A DNA stretch of 64,000 nt, taken from positions 4,450 through 68,449 of the forward strand of contig CAWVRT010000007.1 of NCBI GenBank assembly GCA_963932515.1, written 5' to 3'. Position numbers and translations under genes: made by a program. The notes beneath the pieces are model-generated. The model saw only the letters and a program-made list of their open reading frames with translations. It was not told the origin of the DNA and searched no databases. This DNA is from an uncultured Chitinophagales bacterium (GTDB taxonomy: Bacteria > Bacteroidota > Bacteroidia > Chitinophagales > UBA8649). Positions 59,301-64,000 of this stretch are shown in pieces (the stretch's first letter is position 1; each line of letters opens with the position of its first letter).

Positions 59301-59880
59301 ACGATTAAAAGATGAAAGCGGCATTAACACTATTGGAAATGGTGTAGGACATGACATTGTAGGTGTTTTAGATGAAAATACTCAAAACCAATACTTGTTG
59401 AATGATTTTTATGAAGCTGCTTTAGATGATTTTACACAAGGAGATGTTGCTTACCTGTTGAATAACATTGCGGATGGTTTACATCAAATAAAAGTAAAAG
59501 CTTGGGATGTACATAACAATCCTGGAGAAGGGTATACAGAATTTGTAGTGGCTTCTTCGGCAGATTTATCTTTAAAACACGTTTTAAACTACCCAAATCC
59601 ATTTACTTCCAAAACTTCTTTTATATTTGAGCACAATCACCCAGGAGATAATTTAGACGTAACTATTCAAATTTATACTGTTTCTGGTAAAATAGTAAAA
59701 ACTATTCGCCAACAAGTACAATCAGAAGGTTTTAGAATAGACCCAGACCAAATTACTTGGAACGGACAAGACGACTATGGAGACAATATTGGAAGAGGAG
59801 TTTACTTATACAAAGTAAATGTTCGAACTTCTTCAGGATATAATGCCTATAAATTTGAAAAATTGGTGATTTTAAAATAA
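56374..59880 (+). CDS. porU: T9SS sortase PorU (C25 gingipain-like peptidase)
   Basis: About 1168 aa from the ATG at 56374 (the track starts one codon earlier at a TTG). The C25-type His/Cys blocks YTGHGGPTNWAQE and LFMTATCDFSPFDD are present, with a C-terminal FlgD-Ig-like end. Confidence 0.9.
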   Translation: MPIKKISASFIFAIFLFFSVIAQTNPLFTKMNKNSITGFKSFKPNSFLKDGSWNKIGITKDGVHKIDFNFLNDEVKLNPSTIRFDQFGVFGQAMGILPEYNGSPRTDDIVEIPIKIIDNNSNNIWDNNDYILFYAQGPHTWSYDQAADKFSHTFNIYTEIANYFISTDRGAGFELPIETSPSTVNAPITNFDERVFFEEDINNLIYTELSGGGGSGRNWYGKQLNNINPTQEISFTIPDLISSESVKFEASFAGGPVTSNTNFSVKNNGSALFSKFINGTSSGNYPPMAGLASYTGSVNLPSGNINLVVTFSSSNAQAKGWVDFIEIVAKRQLKLHGAYTPFRSTQSLSNTIAKYSVANSNGTTEIWDITTPSEIKRIQATLTGSNLIFTSESNSLKEFVAVDVNNSNFEIPTFIEKVANQNLHHLESVDYVIITTPTFKPAAEKLANFHRVNSGLTVSVIMLSQIYNEFSSGQQDLTAIRDFLKMFYDRNLSADEKLKYVLLLGDGSFDFKDRIIDNQNIIPTFESNSSLTTTASFCTDDYIGFLDDDEGLSMSSNATANLDLAIGRIPVNTADEAIGVIDKIIYYKTNQSKNAWKNELTFVADDQDNNLHFRDVEEVINTAAIENKDYYNFDKIYLDAYKQENAAGGDRYPDVVDGVLRKLFTGTFFVDYTGHGGPTNWAQERVFNIQDIRKLENKDKLPLFMTATCDFSPFDDPTIISAGESLLLNPNGGAIAMLSTTRLVYSNSNKQMNKAVMNYLFQKVNGRMPTVGEILQQAKNEASSNANNRKFVLLGDPALTLEYPKYEVVTTKINNNSILNTDTLKALSKVSFEGGIMDDNGSLMTNFNGVVFAKVFDKEATYSTKGNDGDSQAENYQLRNNVIFQGKSSVVSGQFKFEFIVPKDINYSFGNGKITYYAEQTNNTAIDAHGYNYNFIIGGTEPNIVPDDKGPIVEVYMNDSSFAFGGLTDENPVLLVRLKDESGINTIGNGVGHDIVGVLDENTQNQYLLNDFYEAALDDFTQGDVAYLLNNIADGLHQIKVKAWDVHNNPGEGYTEFVVASSADLSLKHVLNYPNPFTSKTSFIFEHNHPGDNLDVTIQIYTVSGKIVKTIRQQVQSEGFRIDPDQITWNGQDDYGDNIGRGVYLYKVNVRTSSGYNAYKFEKLVILK

Positions 59881-59972
59881 CTTTGTGTTTTGTTAAAACA
59901 ATTAAGTAAAACGTACGTTTTAAGAATTAAACCTTAAAAGTCTAATTTATTAGCCTTTAGTAAATAAATAAA

Positions 59973-61226
59973 ATGATAAAAGAAAATTTTAAATTCATCA
60001 TAATCCTATTTAGTTTAACCCTTGTTACAGCTACAAATGCTCAAACAGGAATTAAAGGTGATTCTATATCTGTAAATACAATTACTACAGCTGTTCCTTT
60101 TTTAAGAATAAACCCAGACGCAAGAGCAGGCGCTTTAGGCTATGCTAGTATAGCAACTTCTCCAGATGCTAATGGGATTTTTGCGAATGCTGCTAAAATG
60201 GCATTTATTGAATACAAACAAAAAGATGGTTCTATCGATAAAAATGGAAATAATTTTGGTGTTTCATTAACATTTATTCCTTGGTTAAGAGGTATTGCAA
60301 ATGATGTTTACATGGCAGATTTAGCAGGCTACTATAACTTAAGAAATAAAAAAAACAAAGACATTCAGCAATCTATTTCTGCCTCTTTAAGATTCTTTTC
60401 TTTAGGAAGTATTACTTTTACTAATGATATTGGAACTGAAACTGGACAAGGAAATCCTCAAGAATTAGCATTTGATATCAATTATGCAAGAAAGTTAAGT
60501 AAGAAATTTGGTGTAGCACTTGGATTAAGATATATTTATTCAAACCTAGGCACTGGTGTTGCAGGAAGTAACATGTCTCCTGGAAATGCTGTAGCAGCTG
60601 ATTTATCTATGTTTTACACAACACCTATCAAAGTGAAAAAAGTTTTGAAAGGAATGGATTTCAATTTTGGTTTAGCATTGACTAACATAGGCAGTAAAAT
60701 GAGCTATACAAAAAATGGTAATGAATCAGATAAAGACTTTTTACCAGCAAACATGGGCTTAGGGTTTGGTTTAGAAATGGATATTGACGACTTCAATGAA
60801 ATAAATGTTTATTTTGACATTAATAAACTATTAGTGCCTTCTCCAGACACTACAGATGCAAACCATGATTTAATCCCTGACTACAAAACAAAATCTCAAA
60901 TTTCAGGAATATTTACTTCTTTTGGAGATGCTCCAGGAGGGTTTTCAGAAGAAATGGCAGAATTTAATATTGGTGGTGGTATAGAATATGTTTACAATAA
61001 TACTTTTATGGCTCGTTTAGGTTATTTTTATGAAGCGCCATCTAAAGGTGCTCGTAAATTTTTATCTGCAGGTGCAGGAATTAAGTATAGCGTATTTACT
61101 TTAAATGCTGCATACATAATACCTACCTCTAAACAAGTTGGACCATTAGACAACACTATGTATTTTAGTTTATTGTTTAATTTTAACTCTGGCGGTAAAA
61201 AACAAACAGTTTCAGAAGTTCAATAA
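59973..61226 (+). CDS. porV: T9SS outer-membrane shuttle protein PorV (LptO)
   Basis: 417 aa with a signal peptide. FLRINPDARAGALGYASIA block. Beta-barrel pattern. Lies directly downstream of porU. Confidence 0.88.
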   Translation: MIKENFKFIIILFSLTLVTATNAQTGIKGDSISVNTITTAVPFLRINPDARAGALGYASIATSPDANGIFANAAKMAFIEYKQKDGSIDKNGNNFGVSLTFIPWLRGIANDVYMADLAGYYNLRNKKNKDIQQSISASLRFFSLGSITFTNDIGTETGQGNPQELAFDINYARKLSKKFGVALGLRYIYSNLGTGVAGSNMSPGNAVAADLSMFYTTPIKVKKVLKGMDFNFGLALTNIGSKMSYTKNGNESDKDFLPANMGLGFGLEMDIDDFNEINVYFDINKLLVPSPDTTDANHDLIPDYKTKSQISGIFTSFGDAPGGFSEEMAEFNIGGGIEYVYNNTFMARLGYFYEAPSKGARKFLSAGAGIKYSVFTLNAAYIIPTSKQVGPLDNTMYFSLLFNFNSGGKKQTVSEVQ

Positions 61227-61266
61227 TTAAATTTAGTTTTAAACGCTGTTATAAAATAATATTTGT

Positions 61267-61899
61267 TTAAAAGAATGGATTGTTTACCAATTCATACCCA
61301 ATAGTTGTTTCTAGTCCATGGCCACTATAAACAACCGTTTTCTTAGGTAAAGTAAATAGCTTTTCTTGAATTGATTTTATTAAAGTATCATAATCCCCTA
61401 ATGGCAAATCGGTTCTACCAATTCCTTGTTTAAATAAAACATCTCCCGCTATTACAAACTGATATTTTTCACTATAAAAACTTATACTCCCCGGTGAATG
61501 CCCTGGGGTAAATAAAATACTCAAGCTAGATTTTCCAAAATTGATACCATCTTTTTCATCTAAAAAAACTTCAATTTCTGGTGACTGCTCCATAGGAAAG
61601 CCATACATCTCAGCAGCTTTTGGTGCGTGTACTAACATGGGTAACTCTTCTTTGTTGGCTTCTAACTTTAGCTCATACTTTTTTGCTATAAATTGATTGC
61701 CACAAATATGATCTAAATGACAATGTGTATTCAACAATCGAACTGGTTTTAAATCATTTTCTTCAATAAAGTTTATTAAAATAGTTCTTTCACTAGCAGT
61801 ATAGCAACCAGGGTCTATAATTAAACATTCTTTCGTTTCGTCATAAACGACATAAGTATTTTCCTGAAATGGATTATTTGTAAAACTGACTACTTTCAT
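61267..61899 (-). CDS. MBL-fold metallo-hydrolase (glyoxalase II-like)
   Basis: 210 aa. HCHLDH (HxHxDH) motif and the later GHSPG. Confidence 0.88.
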   Translation of the reverse strand: MKVVSFTNNPFQENTYVVYDETKECLIIDPGCYTASERTILINFIEENDLKPVRLLNTHCHLDHICGNQFIAKKYELKLEANKEELPMLVHAPKAAEMYGFPMEQSPEIEVFLDEKDGINFGKSSLSILFTPGHSPGSISFYSEKYQFVIAGDVLFKQGIGRTDLPLGDYDTLIKSIQEKLFTLPKKTVVYSGHGLETTIGYELVNNPFF

Positions 61900-61986
61900 A
61901 ATTTTTGGTGCATTTAATAATTTTACATAATTTGAGGAATCAAATCAGTATTTATCTGTAAATTTAAACTTATTTTTAAAAAGTAA

Positions 61987-64000
61987 ATGAAGCATTTTAG
62001 CAAATTATATCTTATTATATTTTTTCTATTATTATTTAATAATACATCGCTTTATGCTCAGTCGCCAAGTTTAATAGAATTTGGTCAAAATAGTGTGCAA
62101 TACAAAACTTTTAAATGGCAGTTTTACGAAACAGAGAATTTTAATATTTACTTTTATAAAGGAGGGCAAGATTTAGGTAAATATGTCATATTAAATGCGG
62201 AGAATTTATTTGAAGAAATGACAAAAAAATTAGATTTTCGATTAAATAGGAAAATAGATTTATTGGTTTACAATGACATTTCTGATCTTCGACAATCTAA
62301 TATTGGTATAGAAACAAAAGAGCAGATACAAAACGGACAAGTAAAATTTATAGACAATAAGCTATTTGTATATTTCAATGGTTCTCATGAAAACCTAGAC
62401 GAACAAATAAAACAAGGTATTAACCAAATTTTCATCAATAAATTTGTAAGTGGTAGCGGCTTTAAAGAAACTTTTAAAAACTCTGTAGCAAAAAACTTAC
62501 CAAAATGGTATTTGAATGGGCTCACAGCTTACAACAGTAAGGGTTGGAATACTACGCTAGAAAACCAAATAAAAGATAAAATTCTTTCTGGAAGGTTTAA
62601 AGATTTAACGAAATTAAATGAAGAAGAAATGACTTTAGTTGGTCATTCTATTTGGGCTTATGTAGAAGAAAAATATGGACTAGATGCTGTAACAAACTTA
62701 ATGTACTTAGTCAAAATAAATAGAAGCTTAGACAGAGGCTTTAGATATGTTACTGAAAAAAATTTAGGAGAATTTTTAGAAGAATGGTACTACTTTTATT
62801 TAAAAAGATTTAAGGTAGAAAGAAAAGAATTTAAAGCGATAGACAAAGAAGATTTTATAAATATAAAAATCAAAAAAAATCGTAAAACTTACAATGCCAG
62901 ATTAAATCCAGATGGTAAAAGTATTGCTTACATTACCAATGAAGAAGGCAAATGGCGTATTCATATTTATAATATAAAAGACAGTACAGATCAAGTTGTT
63001 TTTAAAGGTGGCTTTAGAACCAACACCCAAAGAACAGACTTAATGAACCCGATGATAGATTGGGAACAAAGAGGAAAAAAGCTGACTATTATTTATGAGT
63101 TAAGAGATAAATTCTTTATTAGAGATTTCATTGTCGAAACTCAAAAATTGATAGAAGAAACACCTATAAGAAAATTTCAAAAAATTTATGGTTTCTCTTA
63201 TGCAGAAAATTCTAAAAATTTAATACTGTCTGCCATGCAAAAAGGTCAGATTGATATTTTTAAGTATTATTTGCCTTCTACTAAAGTTACGCAAATAACG
63301 AACGACTTTTATGATGACTTACAACCGACCTATATAAACCTAGAAAATCATTCAGGCTATGCTTTTATTTCGAATAGAAGTAATGATACGCTACAAAAAC
63401 AAAAACTAGATAGTATTTTACCTAATAACAATTTTGATGTTTTCTTTTATGACTTAAATAAGAACAATCAACAACTCGTTCAAGTGACTAGTACTCCTAA
63501 CGCAAACGAAAGTTTTCCGCAGGCTTATGACAAAGAAAAGTTTACTTTCTTAAGTGACTATAATGGCATAAACAATCGGTATTTGGCTCATTTGGAAACA
63601 AAAAAAGCTTATGACAGAGTTCAATACTTCTATAAAACAAACGAAAATCCTAATGAAATAGATTCTATAGTTTTAGACAAAGGCGCTGTTTTAGATTCTT
63701 CCCTAACGTTTAACCATACAGTAAAAGAAGTTATTTCTAAAAATAATTTTCCCGTTTACAAAACCACTGGTGTTTCTTATTCTGTAACAAAATACAATAA
63801 CGGAATAGCTGAATTAAGTACAAGTAGCAAAGTAAATAAGAGTTTAAAGTTGATGTTGTTTAAGGATCAAGAGCGTTTTATACTTTCAGACTTTAGCAAA
63901 AACATTAGCGCAATAGAATTAAAAAAGTCTGGGTTTGTACATTACCAAGAAGCAACCGACAGGCTAAAAGAAGCCTATGTGGATTTGGAAAAAAATGAGG
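61987..64000 (+). CDS. Large secreted hypothetical protein, N-terminal ~670 aa (runs off the window)
   Basis: Hand translation from the ATG at 61987 gives MKHFSKLYLIIFFLLLFNNTSLYAQSPSLIEFGQNSVQYKTFKWQFYETENFNIYFYKGG... The frame stays open to 64000. ARLNPDGKSIAYITNEEGKWRIHIYN resembles a TolB/PD40-type propeller blade. Confidence 0.7.
   Translation, partial: MKHFSKLYLIIFFLLLFNNTSLYAQSPSLIEFGQNSVQYKTFKWQFYETENFNIYFYKGGQDLGKYVILNAENLFEEMTKKLDFRLNRKIDLLVYNDISDLRQSNIGIETKEQIQNGQVKFIDNKLFVYFNGSHENLDEQIKQGINQIFINKFVSGSGFKETFKNSVAKNLPKWYLNGLTAYNSKGWNTTLENQIKDKILSGRFKDLTKLNEEEMTLVGHSIWAYVEEKYGLDAVTNLMYLVKINRSLDRGFRYVTEKNLGEFLEEWYYFYLKRFKVERKEFKAIDKEDFINIKIKKNRKTYNARLNPDGKSIAYITNEEGKWRIHIYNIKDSTDQVVFKGGFRTNTQRTDLMNPMIDWEQRGKKLTIIYELRDKFFIRDFIVETQKLIEETPIRKFQKIYGFSYAENSKNLILSAMQKGQIDIFKYYLPSTKVTQITNDFYDDLQPTYINLENHSGYAFISNRSNDTLQKQKLDSILPNNNFDVFFYDLNKNNQQLVQVTSTPNANESFPQAYDKEKFTFLSDYNGINNRYLAHLETKKAYDRVQYFYKTNENPNEIDSIVLDKGAVLDSSLTFNHTVKEVISKNNFPVYKTTGVSYSVTKYNNGIAELSTSSKVNKSLKLMLFKDQERFILSDFSKNISAIELKKSGFVHYQEATDRLKEAYVDLEKNE

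Noticed and set aside
59907-59922. A perfect 16-nt palindrome, taaaacgtacgtttta, between porU and porV
   Set aside because: It is short and AT-rich with no loop. It could be a weak attenuator or binding site, but chance occurrence is plausible and there is no second copy in the window.
1-64000. A search for CRISPR arrays, integrases, transposases, prophage genes, toxin-antitoxin pairs or known defence-system signatures
   Set aside because: None was seen on either strand. The only repeats are a pentanucleotide microsatellite, a 24-bp in-gene duplication, gene-internal module duplications and a tandem PPK2 pair. The window reads as core chromosome.

Overview
The window is visibly AT-rich and densely coded, and it reads as the core chromosome of a Flavobacteriia-type (Bacteroidota) bacterium. 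Three things support that: a gldJ / porP-sprF / porU / porV gliding and type IX secretion (T9SS) locus, two secreted proteins ending in T9SS C-terminal sorting domains, and TAnnTTTG (-7 type) promoter boxes upstream of several genes. Most genes are housekeeping: accA (partial), polA, lpxH, hpt, glyA, hflX, tsaB, metK, a thioredoxin, tRNA-Leu(GAG), hutU, rpmH-rnpA and murF. I saw no rRNA, CRISPR array, integrase, transposase, phage gene or recognisable defence system, so I regard this as a largely ordinary region and score findings modestly. The loci most worth a second look, in order: (1) A tight six-gene minus-strand operon (28270-37512) in which an ATPase-less Opp/Dpp-type ABC importer with expanded permeases is followed by two motif-less envelope proteins and a DsbD-type reductase. 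(2) A 618-aa B12-type radical SAM protein whose cluster motif reads CX4CX2C, sitting directly upstream of an ECF sigma / anti-sigma / periplasmic protein trio. (3) Two conserved-looking genes, rnpA and a GT2 fusion glycosyltransferase, whose homology runs upstream of any ATG/GTG/TTG start. (4) A (CAAAA)6 pentanucleotide repeat that fills the tsaB to ArsR-like gene junction. (5) A PorP/SprF-like gene placed directly upstream of gldJ. rpmH, rnpA, accA, the 3' partial ORF and a nitroreductase remnant are absent from the supplied ORF track; I found them by hand translation.
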